Assembly: GCA_043805085.1 (NCBI GenBank)
Contig: JAZDII010000086.1
Span: forward strand, 2,807 to 66,806
DNA: 64,000 nt
Reading direction: 5' to 3'
Origin: a bacterium
GTDB lineage: Bacteria > Verrucomicrobiota > Verrucomicrobiia > Methylacidiphilales > Verrucolacustridaceae
Shown here in pieces: positions 49,512-59,659 of the stretch. The translations under genes were made by a program, and so were the position numbers. Every line of letters starts with the position of its first letter. Positions within the stretch are counted from its first letter, which is position 1. Below the pieces are notes generated by a model. It was given only the letters and a program-made list of their open reading frames with translations, was not told where the DNA came from and did no database searches.

Positions 49512-50117
49512 ATGAAAATGTTCTTCCTCGTCATCCTTTGTTCATTGGCCTGCGCCGCAGCTCAAGCGGCTGAAGCCCCTTCAACGAGACTCACTGTTGA
49601 AAACGCGCCAAAGAGCAACAGCAATTACGTCATTTGCTCAAACGACCTTCTTCACATCACCGTCTTTCAAGAAGATGACCTCGAACGCAAAATGCGCATT
49701 TCCAAGGATGGCACCATCAATTATCCCCTCATTGGCGTCATCACTCTTGGCGGCAAAACCGTTGCGGAAGCCACCTCTTACATCCAAGACCTCTTGGAAA
49801 AAGACTACCTCGTCAATCCGCACGTAACGATTTCCATTGAGGAATACTCCAAACGCCGTTTCTCCGTCCTCGGCCAAGTGCAAAAACCCGGCTATTATGA
49901 AATCCCTAACGAAGAAACAGTGGACTTGCTTCAAGCCATCGCCATGGCGGGCGGTTACACGCGCATCGCCGATCCGGGCCGCATCACGGTCAAGCGCGTG
50001 ACAGAAACAGGCGACAAAATTTTTAGACTCAACGCCAAAGAAATGGCTAAAAAAGCCGACAAATCATTTGAAATCTTGTCCAACGACACGATCACCGTTG
50101 GCGAAAGCATCTTTTAA
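49512..50117 (+). CDS. wza: Polysaccharide export outer-membrane protein (Wza-like, Poly_export + SLBB)
   Basis: A signal peptide is followed by YVICSNDLLHITVF...ISKDGTINYPLIGVITLGGKTVAEA and then an SLBB-like segment. Confidence 0.8.
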   Translation: MKMFFLVILCSLACAAAQAAEAPSTRLTVENAPKSNSNYVICSNDLLHITVFQEDDLERKMRISKDGTINYPLIGVITLGGKTVAEATSYIQDLLEKDYLVNPHVTISIEEYSKRRFSVLGQVQKPGYYEIPNEETVDLLQAIAMAGGYTRIADPGRITVKRVTETGDKIFRLNAKEMAKKADKSFEILSNDTITVGESIF

Positions 50118-50138
50118 CGTCTTAAACTGGAGTATACT

Positions 50139-52310
50139 TTGCGCATCCCCACTTATCCCACACATACCGACGATTTGGTCAACGTTGATCACCGCGAAAT
50201 CATTCACGCGCTTACGCGCTGGTCATGGGTCATCGGCCTCTGCCTGCTTGTGGCAGTTTTTCTGGCGTTATCTTACCTGCAAAGCGCTATGCCTATTTAC
50301 GCCTCCAAAGCCGTTGTTCAGGTGGAACAAGCTCAAAAGCATGTGCTGAAAATCGAGGACATTCAAAAAGAAGATTTAAGAGACGCGGAACTCTTAAGAA
50401 CCATCGAAAACAATTTTAATTCCAAAGACCTTTTCCTCCGCGTTGTTCTCGCCAACAATCTCCCCTCCAACCCCAAGTTCCTTCCCCCGTCAAAATCGCC
50501 CGCATGGTGGAAAATCCCTTTCCGAGCCATCGGTCTCATGTCCTCTTCTAAAGAAGCAAAACCTTTGGAAGAAAAAGACTATGCCAATCGGCTCGCCGAA
50601 ATGGTGAAATCAAAATTGCGGCGAGGCACAAGATTGATTGACGTCGTTGTCGAGCATCACGACCCGGAGCTGGCTCAACAATTAGCTCAAAGCATGACCA
50701 AAGAATTTGAGAGGTGGATACTGGAGCAACGTTCCGGCGTTTCCAGCACAGCTTATGAATTTCTCCAAGCCGAAGCGGAACGACTGAAAGCGAAGGTGCA
50801 GGAATCCGAACTGGCTTTGCAAAACTACCGTGAAAAATCCGGCTCTGTTTCTGTCGAAGACCGTCAAAATATCGTCGTGGACAAACTCAAAGAACTAAAT
50901 TCCAAAGCCACTACCGCCAGCGCAGAACGCTTGCAAATGGCCGCCGACATGGAGCAAGCCTTTCAATTAGTCGCCCAAAGCAAAACCGAAGAACTGCTCG
51001 CCATTCCCAGCATCGCAAGCGACAACGTGGTCACAGAACTGCAAAAACAACTGGAACATGAGGAAGCTGACTTTGCCAATCTCCAGCAACGCTACAAACC
51101 CAAACATCCTAAATACATTCAAGCCAAAAGCAAAATTGCTGAAATGAAGCAAGCTCTCTTGAACAGCGCCCAAGCCGCTTTGGAACGGCTGAAAACAAAA
51201 TACCAAGCCACTACCACCACGGAAGAAAACCTAAAAACAGCTCTCAAGCAACAAGAAGAAATCTCTCTCCAATTGAGCCGTCAAATGATGGATTACAATA
51301 ATTTCGCCCGTGAAGCGCAATCTGACCGCACGATGTATCAAAGCGTCCTCGACCGCCTCAAAGAAACCAGCGTGAGCAAGGGATTAGGCGAAGACATCGT
51401 GCGCGTGGTGGAAAGCCCTCCACTTCCCGCTTATCCCGTTAGACCTAAAAAAATGCTCACCCTTGCCGCCGCTATCGTTGGCGGTCTTGGATTAGGCGTT
51501 CTCCTCACTTTCTTTATCAACTCGCTGGATACTTCCATCCGAACGGTTGATCAAGCCGAACAATTTCTTAACCATCCCGTCGTCGGCTCTATTCCGCGAA
51601 ATCCCAAGCCCCTCGACTCCACATCTTCCCTCATTCTTGCCCACGAACCGGAATCTATCATGGCGGAGTCTATCCGCACGCTGCGCGCTTCTCTTTCCTT
51701 ATTAGGAACGGAAGATGACCGTCGCACTTTTCTTTTCACCAGCGCGATTCCAGCTGAAGGCAAAAGCTTTATCTGTTCCAATTACGCCAGCAGCTTAGCT
51801 ATGCAGGGCTTGAAAACTCTTTTGATTGACGCTGACCTTCGCCGTCCAACGATTTACAAATATTTTGATTTGCAACATCATTCCACCGGCGTGGCGGATT
51901 ACCTCGTTGGCCGCGCTAAATTGCCCGAACTGGCGCAAGCCACCAAAGTGGAAAACCTCCACGTCCTTACCGCCGGTTCACGCGCGCCTAATCCGTCCGA
52001 GCTACTTGCCGCGTCAACTTTTGCGAACTTAATCAAAGACGCGCTCGCTTCCTACGATCGCATCGTTATTGACACCGCGCCGGTGAATTCCGTCAGCGAC
52101 ACACTGCTCATCGCGCGCCATGTTCAGACGACCTGTCTCGTCGTTCGTTTCGGCAAAACCCCGCGCAAGGCCATCCAGCGTGCTCTTCAATCCATCAAAC
52201 AAGCCGGAGCGAAAATCGGTGGCGTGGTTCTCAACTACCTCCCCGCCCGCAGCGGCTTCGGCTACTACTATTACTATTCTTCCAACGACTATTATAGCCG
52301 GAAGAGTTGA
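50139..52310 (+). CDS. wzc: Polysaccharide co-polymerase / tyrosine autokinase (Wzc/GumC-like)
   Basis: A Wzz-like domain with two TM helices and a long coiled coil comes first. The kinase domain then shows Walker A (SAIPAEGKS), A-prime (LIDADLRRP) and B (IVIDTAP). The C-terminal Tyr cluster reads GYYYYYSSNDYY. The start codon is TTG. Confidence 0.85.
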   Translation: MRIPTYPTHTDDLVNVDHREIIHALTRWSWVIGLCLLVAVFLALSYLQSAMPIYASKAVVQVEQAQKHVLKIEDIQKEDLRDAELLRTIENNFNSKDLFLRVVLANNLPSNPKFLPPSKSPAWWKIPFRAIGLMSSSKEAKPLEEKDYANRLAEMVKSKLRRGTRLIDVVVEHHDPELAQQLAQSMTKEFERWILEQRSGVSSTAYEFLQAEAERLKAKVQESELALQNYREKSGSVSVEDRQNIVVDKLKELNSKATTASAERLQMAADMEQAFQLVAQSKTEELLAIPSIASDNVVTELQKQLEHEEADFANLQQRYKPKHPKYIQAKSKIAEMKQALLNSAQAALERLKTKYQATTTTEENLKTALKQQEEISLQLSRQMMDYNNFAREAQSDRTMYQSVLDRLKETSVSKGLGEDIVRVVESPPLPAYPVRPKKMLTLAAAIVGGLGLGVLLTFFINSLDTSIRTVDQAEQFLNHPVVGSIPRNPKPLDSTSSLILAHEPESIMAESIRTLRASLSLLGTEDDRRTFLFTSAIPAEGKSFICSNYASSLAMQGLKTLLIDADLRRPTIYKYFDLQHHSTGVADYLVGRAKLPELAQATKVENLHVLTAGSRAPNPSELLAASTFANLIKDALASYDRIVIDTAPVNSVSDTLLIARHVQTTCLVVRFGKTPRKAIQRALQSIKQAGAKIGGVVLNYLPARSGFGYYYYYSSNDYYSRKS

Positions 52311-52340
52311 CGGATTATTTTGTAAAAAACACTGCTCCCT

Positions 52341-52375
52341 GTCATTCCCGAGAGCGCAGCGAGTCGGGAATCCAG
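52341..52375. repeat. Palindromic repeat, subtype B (gtcattcccgagagcgcagcgagtcgggaatccag)
   Basis: The stem pairs attcccga with tcgggaat. It lies in the 85-nt gap between convergent wzc and rdgB. A near-identical inverted copy is at 60913-60950. Confidence 0.7.
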
Positions 52376-52395
52376 AAGATTGCTCTGATTATAGG

Positions 52396-53010
52396 TCAAC
52401 TTATTTTGTGAATTTGAAACAATTCCCTCATTGCTTGGCTGCGATGACTAATTTGTCCCTTAATCTCCGCCGCCAGTTCGCCAAAGGTTTGGTGATAACC
52501 TTCCGGCACAAAAACAGGATCATAGCCAAATCCGCCGCTCCCTTCGGGAGCGTTGGCAATCGCCCCGCGGCAAACACCTTCCGCCCTTGCCAAAACTTTT
52601 CCTCTTTCCGCCAAAACCAAAACGCAGCGATATTGCGCGCCGCGCTTTTCCCGAGAAACGTTTTTCAATTCGCTCAATAATTTTTCTGTGTTTCGCGCAT
52701 CGTCCGCAGGCTCGCCCGCGTAACGCGCGGAAAAAACGCCCGGCTTTCCTCCCAGAAAATCCACTTCCAATCCCGAATCGTCCGCCAATACCCAGCCTTC
52801 ATAAAAAGCCGAAACCTCTAATGCTTTCTTTCGAGCGTTTCCTTCAAACGTCGCGCCGTCTTCCGCGACTTCCGGAATCTGCGGGAAGTCGGCCAACGTC
52901 TCCACGCGCCAACCCTCGCCCAGCATCGCCGCCAATTCCCGCGCCTTGCCGCGATTGCGCGTCGCCACTAAAAGCCGTCGCCCCGCTGCTTGTCCCTTGG
53001 CATCGTCCAT
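52396..53010 (-). CDS. rdgB: dITP/XTP pyrophosphatase (RdgB/HAM1 family)
   Basis: The sequence shows [24 protein letters not shown] and [12 protein letters not shown] chose the ATG at 53010; the track's start at 53127 overlaps leuS. Confidence 0.85.
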   Translation of the reverse strand: MDDAKGQAAGRRLLVATRNRGKARELAAMLGEGWRVETLADFPQIPEVAEDGATFEGNARKKALEVSAFYEGWVLADDSGLEVDFLGGKPGVFSARYAGEPADDARNTEKLLSELKNVSREKRGAQYRCVLVLAERGKVLARAEGVCRGAIANAPEGSGGFGYDPVFVPEGYHQTFGELAAEIKGQISHRSQAMRELFQIHKIS

Positions 53011-53038
53011 GCCCTGTGCTACCGTGATTTCTTTTACG

Positions 53039-55498
53039 ATGCAAACTCGCAAACAATATCCTTTCTCGCAATTTGAACCCAAGTGGCAAGCCCACTGGGC
53101 CGAGCACAACTGCTTTCGCGCCGCCAATCCGGGCGAGGCTGGTTCGGAAAAGCCGAAGTATTACGTGCTCGACATGTTCCCTTATCCTTCCGGCGCGGGT
53201 CTGCACGTTGGCCATTTGGAAGGATACACCGCCACGGACATCGTCGCCCGCTACAAGCGCATGCGCGGCTTCAACGTGCTTCACCCGATGGGCTGGGACG
53301 CCTTCGGCCTGCCCGCCGAGCAGCACGCTATCGCCACGGGTACGCATCCGCGCGAGACGACGCGCCGCAACATCGCCACGTTCAAACGCCAAATTCAGGC
53401 GATGGGGTTTTCTTACGATTGGCAACGCGAAGTGGACACAACCGACCCGCGTTATTACCGATGGACGCAATGGATTTTTCTCCAGCTCTATAAAAAAGGA
53501 CTCGCTTACGTGGCCGAAGCGCCGGTGTGGTATTGTCCCGCGCTCGGCACGGTGTTGGCCAACGAAGAAGTGCTGGCCACGCCCGAAGGCCCACGCTCCG
53601 AGCGCGGCAATCATCCCGTCGAACGCCGCTCGTTGCGCCAATGGATGCTGCGCATCACGGCCTACGCCGAGCGGTTGTTGAAGGATTTGGAGTTGCTGAA
53701 CTGGCCGGAATCGCTCAAGGAAATGCAGCGCAACTGGATTGGCCGCAGCGAAGGCGCGGAAGCGGTTTTTCCGCTTGTCGGCCATGAGCAAGCCATCACG
53801 GTTTTCACGACGCGCCCTGACACGCTTTTCGGCGCGACGTATATGGTGCTTTCGCCCGAGCATCCACTTGTTTCTCAAATCACCACGCCCGACCAGCGCG
53901 CCGAGGTGGAAGCTTATCGCAAAACCGTCGCGGTAAAATCCGATCTCGAACGCACGGATCTCGCCAAAGACAAAACCGGCGTCTTCACGGGCGCGTATGC
54001 CATCAATCCCGTCAATCAACAAAAAATCCCCGTCTGGATTGCCGATTACGTGCTGATGGGCTACGGCACGGGTTGCATCATGGCCGTGCCCGCGCACGAC
54101 ACGCGCGACCATGAGTTCGCTCTGAAGTTCAGCCTGCCGATCATCGAAGTCGTCGCCCGCCCCGCCGACGCGACGGAAGAATGTTTCACAGGCGACGGCG
54201 TTTCCATCAATTCCGGTTTTCTCAACGGCCTGCCGACGCCTGAAGCCAAGCACAAGATCACGGACTGGCTCGAAGCCCAAAAATACGGCAAACGCGCGGT
54301 GCAATATAAATTGCGCGACTGGCTTTTCTCGCGCCAACGCTACTGGGGCGAGCCGTTTCCGATTGTCTGGAAAGGCAAAGAACACGCGCCGCTTGCTGAA
54401 ACAGAGCTGCCACTTCTTCTCCCCGAAATGTCCGATTACAAACCCAGCCCGACAGGCGACGCGCCGCTCGCCAAAGCAACGGACTGGGTCAACCTGCCGG
54501 GCGGCTTGAAGCGCGAGATTAACACGATGCCGCAATGGGCGGGCTCTTGTTGGTATTATCTGCGCTATTGCGACGTTGAGAACGACAAAAAACTCATCGG
54601 CGAAAAAGTGGAGCGTTACTGGATGTCGCCCAACGGCATTGACCTTTACGTCGGCGGCGCGGAACACGCCGTCCTGCACCTGCTCTACGCCCGTTTCTGG
54701 CACAAGGTTCTTTACGACATCGGCGCGGTCTCAACGCCAGAGCCGTTCCACAAGCTCGTCAATCAAGGCATCATCCTCGGCGAAGACAGCCGCAAGATGT
54801 CTAAATCCATCGGCAATGTCGTCAACCCCGACGACATGCTCCAAGAGTACGGCGCGGACGCCCTGCGCCTTTTTGAAATGTTCATGGGGCCGCTGGAACA
54901 ATCCAAACCGTGGAACATGAAAGGCGTTGAAGGCGTCTATCGTTTCCTCGGCAGGACGTGGCGTTTGGTGATGCAAGAAAACGAACAAGGCGAATGCTCG
55001 CTCAATCCGCAAGCGCAAGACGTCGCTCCTTCCGCCGCGATTCAAAAAGCCCTGCATCACGCCATCAAAGAAGTGACCGAAGACCTCGAAGGTATGCGCT
55101 TCAACACGGCCATCGCAGAACTGATGACGTTGGTCAACGAACTCACCAAAGCGGAACAAAAACCGCGCAGTGTTTTGAATACGCTTTGCTTATTGCTATC
55201 GCCCTTCGCGCCGCATATCGCCGAGGAACTCTGGTCGCAACTCGGCCACGAAAAAAGCCTCTGCTACGAACCATGGCCGACTTACGACCCCGCGTTACTC
55301 GTCGAAGACCAAGTAGAAATTGCTATCCAAGTGAATGGAAAATTGCGCGACCGTCTCAACGTCGCCTCCAACCTCGAAGCCAAAGACTACGAACCCCTCA
55401 TCCGCAATCACGCTTCTTTGGAAAAATGGACCGGCGGCAAAACCATCCGCAAAATCATCGCCGTGCCGCAGAAATTAGTGAATGTGGTGATAGGCTAA
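53039..55498 (+). CDS. leuS: Leucyl-tRNA synthetase
   Basis: The HIGH-type motif (HVGHLEGY) and the KMSKS motif are present, along with the editing domain. I chose the ATG at 53039. Confidence 0.95.
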   Translation: MQTRKQYPFSQFEPKWQAHWAEHNCFRAANPGEAGSEKPKYYVLDMFPYPSGAGLHVGHLEGYTATDIVARYKRMRGFNVLHPMGWDAFGLPAEQHAIATGTHPRETTRRNIATFKRQIQAMGFSYDWQREVDTTDPRYYRWTQWIFLQLYKKGLAYVAEAPVWYCPALGTVLANEEVLATPEGPRSERGNHPVERRSLRQWMLRITAYAERLLKDLELLNWPESLKEMQRNWIGRSEGAEAVFPLVGHEQAITVFTTRPDTLFGATYMVLSPEHPLVSQITTPDQRAEVEAYRKTVAVKSDLERTDLAKDKTGVFTGAYAINPVNQQKIPVWIADYVLMGYGTGCIMAVPAHDTRDHEFALKFSLPIIEVVARPADATEECFTGDGVSINSGFLNGLPTPEAKHKITDWLEAQKYGKRAVQYKLRDWLFSRQRYWGEPFPIVWKGKEHAPLAETELPLLLPEMSDYKPSPTGDAPLAKATDWVNLPGGLKREINTMPQWAGSCWYYLRYCDVENDKKLIGEKVERYWMSPNGIDLYVGGAEHAVLHLLYARFWHKVLYDIGAVSTPEPFHKLVNQGIILGEDSRKMSKSIGNVVNPDDMLQEYGADALRLFEMFMGPLEQSKPWNMKGVEGVYRFLGRTWRLVMQENEQGECSLNPQAQDVAPSAAIQKALHHAIKEVTEDLEGMRFNTAIAELMTLVNELTKAEQKPRSVLNTLCLLLSPFAPHIAEELWSQLGHEKSLCYEPWPTYDPALLVEDQVEIAIQVNGKLRDRLNVASNLEAKDYEPLIRNHASLEKWTGGKTIRKIIAVPQKLVNVVIG

Positions 55499-55591
55499 GC
55501 TCCAATACCTTTGAGCTGTTGCCCATTTTCTACTCCGACCCCTTCGGGGGAAAATGGAAGACCCCGATAAGTCGGGGTAACAAATGCAACA

Positions 55592-55662
55592 CGTAGTGCA
55601 TTGTCATTGCGAGAAGACCCGACTTTGTCGGCGCGACGAAGCAATCTCGGGCGCAAGGGAGG
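55592..55662. repeat. Left inverted repeat flanking the GIY-YIG gene
   Basis: cgtagtgcattgtcattgcgag...cgacgaagcaatctcgggcgcaagggagg is the imperfect reverse complement of 55957-56016. Confidence 0.75.
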
Positions 55663-55670
55663 TAAAATAT

Positions 55671-55955
55671 TCAAAACAATTCACTCAAATCTTGCCATTT
55701 TCGGTTCATACTTTTGATAAGAGTTTCTTTCTTCTTTCGAGAACCTCCTTTGATTTGTTTTTCTCTCGCAATTGCCATCCACACATCATGAAATGTTTCC
55801 ACATAAACAAGCCGATCCACGCAATAACTTTTGGTGAATCCTTCGTTTTTTTTGCTCTTATGCTCCCACACTCTTCGCCTTAAATCGTTTGTCATGCCAG
55901 TATAAATGACCGTGCGGCATGTATTGCACATCATGTAAACGTGGTAATTTTTCAT
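55671..55955 (-). CDS. GIY-YIG (URI) nuclease domain protein
   Basis: HVYMMCNTCRTVIYTGMTNDLRRRVWEHK...YVETF...AIAREKQIKGGSRKKK matches GIY-(x10)-YTG, the Arg, and the E..IK motifs of stand-alone GIY-YIG proteins. Confidence 0.85.
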   Translation of the reverse strand: MKNYHVYMMCNTCRTVIYTGMTNDLRRRVWEHKSKKNEGFTKSYCVDRLVYVETFHDVWMAIAREKQIKGGSRKKKETLIKSMNRKWQDLSELF

Positions 55956-55956
55956 A

Positions 55957-56016
55957 CCTCCCCTGCGCCCGAGATTGCTTCGTCACTTCGTTCCTCGCAA
56001 TGACAAATGCGCTACG
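55957..56016. repeat. Right inverted repeat flanking the GIY-YIG gene
   Basis: Its reverse complement reads cgtagcgcatttgtcattgcgaggaacgaagtgacgaagcaatctcgggcgcaggggagg, which pairs with 55592-55662. Confidence 0.75.
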
Positions 56017-57553
56017 CCCACAACTGACGATCCAGCGTGCGGTATTGGACGGCCTCGCTGACGTGTTCGACGGTGATGTTTGCTGCGTTCGCCAGATCGG
56101 CAATGGTGCGGGAGACTTTGAGAATGCGGTCATAGGCGCGCGCGCTTAGGTTCAAATCGGACATAGCGTGCTTCAGCAATTCCTTGCTCTCGTCATCAAG
56201 CGCCGCGTATGCCTTGATGTCCTTCGCCGCCATTTGCGCGTTGCACCAGATGCGGTTTCTTTCTTTGAATCGCTCCAGTTGAATTTGCCGCGCGGCAATG
56301 ATGCGCTGTCGAATAGCAGAAGACGGTTCCGCGTCGGCGGGATGAACCAACTCTTCATGCCGCAGGGCGGTGACTTCCAGATGAATGTCAATGCGGTCGA
56401 GCAAGGGTCCTGAAATTCTGTTCAAGTAACGCTGCACCGCCGCCGCACTGACTTTGCCGCGCCTCGCGTCTTGCGCGCCGCCGGTGGGCGTCGGATTCAT
56501 GGCGGAGACGAACATGAAACGCGCGGGAAAAGTGAGCGTTCCGGACGCGCGCGAGATGGTGACGTGCCCGTCCTCTAACGGCTGGCGAAGCGTCTCCAGC
56601 GCGGATCGCTTGAACTCCGGCAGCTCATCCAAAAACAACACGCCGTGATGCGCAAGGCTCACTTCGCCCGGCGTCAGTTGCGCCGAGCCGCCGATGAGAC
56701 CGATATCGGAAATCGTGTGATGCGGCGCGCGAAAAGGCCGTTCCTTGACCAAAGCCATTCCGGGCGGCAGCAAACCGACGACGCTGTGAATCTTCGTCGT
56801 CTCCAGCGATTCCTCCAGCGTCATCGGCGGCATGATGGACGGAATGCGCTTGGCCAACATGCTTTTGCCCGAGCCGGGCGGGCCGATCATGAGCAAGTTG
56901 TGTCCGCCCGCGACGGCAATCTCAATGGCGCGCTTGACGCTCTCCTGCCCTTTCACATCTGAAAAATCCAATTCCGCCGCGTCCGACGCAAAACTGTGAT
57001 CCGCGCCGTTCTTTTGCTGATACGGCTGTAACTCGGTTCTGCCCTCCAAAAAATCCGTCACCCCGCGCAAATGATCCACCGCATAGATGTTCAGATTTTG
57101 CACGACCGACGCTTCCTGCGCGTTCTCGGCGGGAACGATGATGCCTTTCTTGCCCATTTGACGCGCCACGAGAGCCATCGGCAGTGTGCCGCGCACGGGC
57201 CGCACCGAGCCTTTCAACGCCAGCTCGCCCACGACAATGTAATCCCGCGCATGATCCTGCTTGATCTGGCCGGACGCGGCCAGCAACCCCAGCGCAATGG
57301 GCAAATCAAAAAGCGGCCCTTCCTTGCGCACGTTGGCGGGGGCTAGGTTAATCGTCACGCGGCCATCGGGATTTTTGAATCCGCTGTTTTCCAACGCCGC
57401 CTTCACGCGGTCGCGCGATTCCTTCACCGCAGCGTCCGGCAGCCCCACCACCACCGCGCCTTTGTCGGAAAATCCGCGCCCTACATAAACCTCCACTTCC
57501 ACAGGAAAAGCTCTGATGCCCATGACCGAAGCGGAATGAAGCGTGGCCAGCAC
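56012..57553 (-). CDS. comM: YifB/ComM family Mg-chelatase-like AAA+ ATPase
   Basis: An N-terminal Lon-protease-like domain is followed by Walker A (GPPGSGKSMLA), FLDELPEF, and the C-terminal SARAYDRILKVSRTIADL. Confidence 0.9.
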   Translation of the reverse strand: MLATLHSASVMGIRAFPVEVEVYVGRGFSDKGAVVVGLPDAAVKESRDRVKAALENSGFKNPDGRVTINLAPANVRKEGPLFDLPIALGLLAASGQIKQDHARDYIVVGELALKGSVRPVRGTLPMALVARQMGKKGIIVPAENAQEASVVQNLNIYAVDHLRGVTDFLEGRTELQPYQQKNGADHSFASDAAELDFSDVKGQESVKRAIEIAVAGGHNLLMIGPPGSGKSMLAKRIPSIMPPMTLEESLETTKIHSVVGLLPPGMALVKERPFRAPHHTISDIGLIGGSAQLTPGEVSLAHHGVLFLDELPEFKRSALETLRQPLEDGHVTISRASGTLTFPARFMFVSAMNPTPTGGAQDARRGKVSAAAVQRYLNRISGPLLDRIDIHLEVTALRHEELVHPADAEPSSAIRQRIIAARQIQLERFKERNRIWCNAQMAAKDIKAYAALDDESKELLKHAMSDLNLSARAYDRILKVSRTIADLANAANITVEHVSEAVQYRTLDRQLWA

Positions 57554-57661
57554 GCGCCGAGTTTAAGGCAGGTTTTGAAAAAGGCGACAGAACTTATTAA
57601 GATTGCCCTTATCGTGGCGCGGGTGTAACGTGCATACGTTAGTCGAATCGAAAGGAGCAGT

Positions 57662-57808
57662 ATGTTGCGCACCATAGCTGTCATATTGATTATCTTGTGG
57701 CTTCTGGGACTGGTTAGTAATTATACCATGGGAGGGTTCGTCCATATCTTATTGGTGATTGCTCTTGTCATGGTGCTGGTCAACTTTATTGGAGGACGGA
57801 GGCTGTAA
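57662..57808 (+). CDS. Small membrane protein, lmo0937 family
   Basis: This 48-aa ORF is below the track's size cutoff. It reads MLRTIAVILIILWLLGLVSNYTMGGFVHILLVIALVMVLVNFIGGRRL. A strong AAAGGAG ribosome-binding site lies 5 nt upstream. The pattern matches the lmo0937 family as I recall it. Confidence 0.7.
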   Translation: MLRTIAVILIILWLLGLVSNYTMGGFVHILLVIALVMVLVNFIGGRRL

Positions 57809-57859
57809 ACTCCCGCAGCAAGGCGGCAGCCGCTCCTAAAAAGCTGGCGTTGGCTGCGC

Positions 57860-59566
57860 CTATTCAGCCAACATCTTCTCCAACCGCGCGGCGATTTGAC
57901 CTAACGGCGCAAGCTCAAAGTCTTTCGCGTTGCGGCGTTTGATTTCCACGCCGCCTTTGGCCAGCGACTTCGCGCCGACGGTGACGCGGATGGGAAATCC
58001 GATCAAATCGGCGTCCTTGAATTTAACGCCGGGGCGTTCATCGCGGTCGTCCCATAAAACATCCCAGCCGCGTTCAGCGCATTCGGCGTAAATTTTCTCG
58101 CACGCCGCATGAACCTCGGCTGCTTGCGGGTCTAGCTCCAGCAAAACAATCGCATAAGGCGCGACAGAAACCGGCCAGATGATGCCGTCCTTGTCGTGAT
58201 TTTGCTCCATCACCGCTTGCAACGTCCGCGTCACGCCGATGCCGTAACAGCCCATCACCGCAGGCTGGGACTGGCCGCTCTCATCCAGAAAACGCGCGCC
58301 GAGAGCCTCGGAATATTTCGTGCCGAGCTTAAACACGTGCCCCACTTCAATCGCCCGTTCCACGCGCAACGGCTGGCCATTGTTCACCGCAGCTTCGCCC
58401 GCTTGAACGGTTCGCAAATCCACCCAATCCGTCACAATCATGTCTCGCTCCACCGAAACGTTGCGCACATGAAAACCGTCCTCGTTCGCGCCCGTCGTCA
58501 TGCCTGCTTGTCCCTTCAAAATGGGATCAGCCAAAATGCGCGCTTGCTTCACGCCGCATGCGCCCAAGCTGCCGACATGCGCGCCTAAGCATTGAAAAAT
58601 TTCCTCGTCCGTTGCCGGACGATACTCGTTCGTCTTCAAAAACGCCGCCAGCTTAGCCTCGTTCAACTGATGATCGCCGCGCAAGAGAATCAAAATGATT
58701 TTTGAATCCACCAAATAAACCAGCGTCTTGATCTGGTCTTGCGCCGGAACGGAATAAAGCGGCTTGGTCAAATCTTCAATCGTCTTCGCGTTGGGCGTGG
58801 CGAACTTCTCCATCAACGCAGACGTTTTCGGATTCACTCGCTCGGAAGCGCGGGACGCCGCCTTCTCCAACGTCGCGGCGTAGGAACCGTCCTCGGTAAA
58901 AGCAATCTCGCCCTCGCCAATCTCGGCGGGCACGGAAAACTCGTGCGAAAAGCTACCGCCCATGACGCCTGTGTCCGCTTCCACGATTTTATACCTCAAC
59001 CCCACGCGGCTGAAAATGTGGCTGTAAGCTTCATACATCTTCCGATAACTCTCTTCCGCCGCCGCGTCGGAAACGTCGAAGCTGTAAGCGTCCTTCATGA
59101 TGAACTCCCGCGCGCGCATAAGACCGAAGCGCGGCCTGATTTCATCGCGGAACTTCACTTGAATCTGATAAAAATTTTTCGGCAGTTGCTTGTGGCTTTG
59201 AATCTCGCCCGCGACGAGAGAAGTGATGACCTCTTCATGCGTCGGGCCGAGAATCCAGCTTCGGTTCTGGTGATCGCGCACGTTGAAAAGAACATCCCGC
59301 GCCGCCGTCAATCGCCCGCTCTTTTCCCATAAATCCGGCGGCTGCAAAGCGGGCATGAGCAACTCCAACGCGCCCGCTCTGTTCATTTCCTCTCGAATAA
59401 TTTTCTCCACCTTGCGCAGCGCGCGCAAACCGAGCGGCAAAAACGTGTACACCCCACCCGCCAGCTTCCGCGCAAGTCCCGCGCGAAGTAAAAGCTGATG
59501 ACTGGCGATCTCCGCTTCTGCCGGAGCTTCGCGTAACGTGCTAATATGAGCTTGAGACCATTTCAT
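57860..59566 (-). CDS. proS: Prolyl-tRNA synthetase (bacterial type with INS editing domain)
   Basis: The sequence begins MKWSQAHISTLREAPAEAEIASHQLLLRAG and shows class II motifs (FRDE, GCYGIGVTR). I chose the ATG at 59566 (568 aa); the track's 736-aa version adds an N-terminus that is not homologous and overlaps dgt. Confidence 0.95.
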   Translation of the reverse strand: MKWSQAHISTLREAPAEAEIASHQLLLRAGLARKLAGGVYTFLPLGLRALRKVEKIIREEMNRAGALELLMPALQPPDLWEKSGRLTAARDVLFNVRDHQNRSWILGPTHEEVITSLVAGEIQSHKQLPKNFYQIQVKFRDEIRPRFGLMRAREFIMKDAYSFDVSDAAAEESYRKMYEAYSHIFSRVGLRYKIVEADTGVMGGSFSHEFSVPAEIGEGEIAFTEDGSYAATLEKAASRASERVNPKTSALMEKFATPNAKTIEDLTKPLYSVPAQDQIKTLVYLVDSKIILILLRGDHQLNEAKLAAFLKTNEYRPATDEEIFQCLGAHVGSLGACGVKQARILADPILKGQAGMTTGANEDGFHVRNVSVERDMIVTDWVDLRTVQAGEAAVNNGQPLRVERAIEVGHVFKLGTKYSEALGARFLDESGQSQPAVMGCYGIGVTRTLQAVMEQNHDKDGIIWPVSVAPYAIVLLELDPQAAEVHAACEKIYAECAERGWDVLWDDRDERPGVKFKDADLIGFPIRVTVGAKSLAKGGVEIKRRNAKDFELAPLGQIAARLEKMLAE

Positions 59567-59659
59567 GCGAAACCATCTTTCATACCGCCGCCAGCCGAAA
59601 ATTCCATGAAAAACCGCGCGAAAACTCGACAATCCTGCCAGCCACGTCAAAATGAAGCC

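Larger units (their letters stand above)
55592..56016. mobile_element. Candidate miniature cassette: GIY-YIG ORF enclosed by ~60-70 bp inverted repeats
   Basis: The inverted repeats sit 8 nt from the stop codon and 1 nt from the start codon of the 94-aa GIY-YIG gene. The interior is more A/T-rich than the flanks. The outer end of the right repeat contains the comM stop codon. Confidence 0.4.

Noticed and set aside
52844-54703. A 619-aa ORF lies on the minus strand opposite leuS.
   Set aside because: It is Arg/Ala/Gly-rich with no motifs and is fully antisense to a leuS frame whose HIGH and KMSKS motifs are unambiguous. It is a typical shadow ORF in GC-biased coding DNA.
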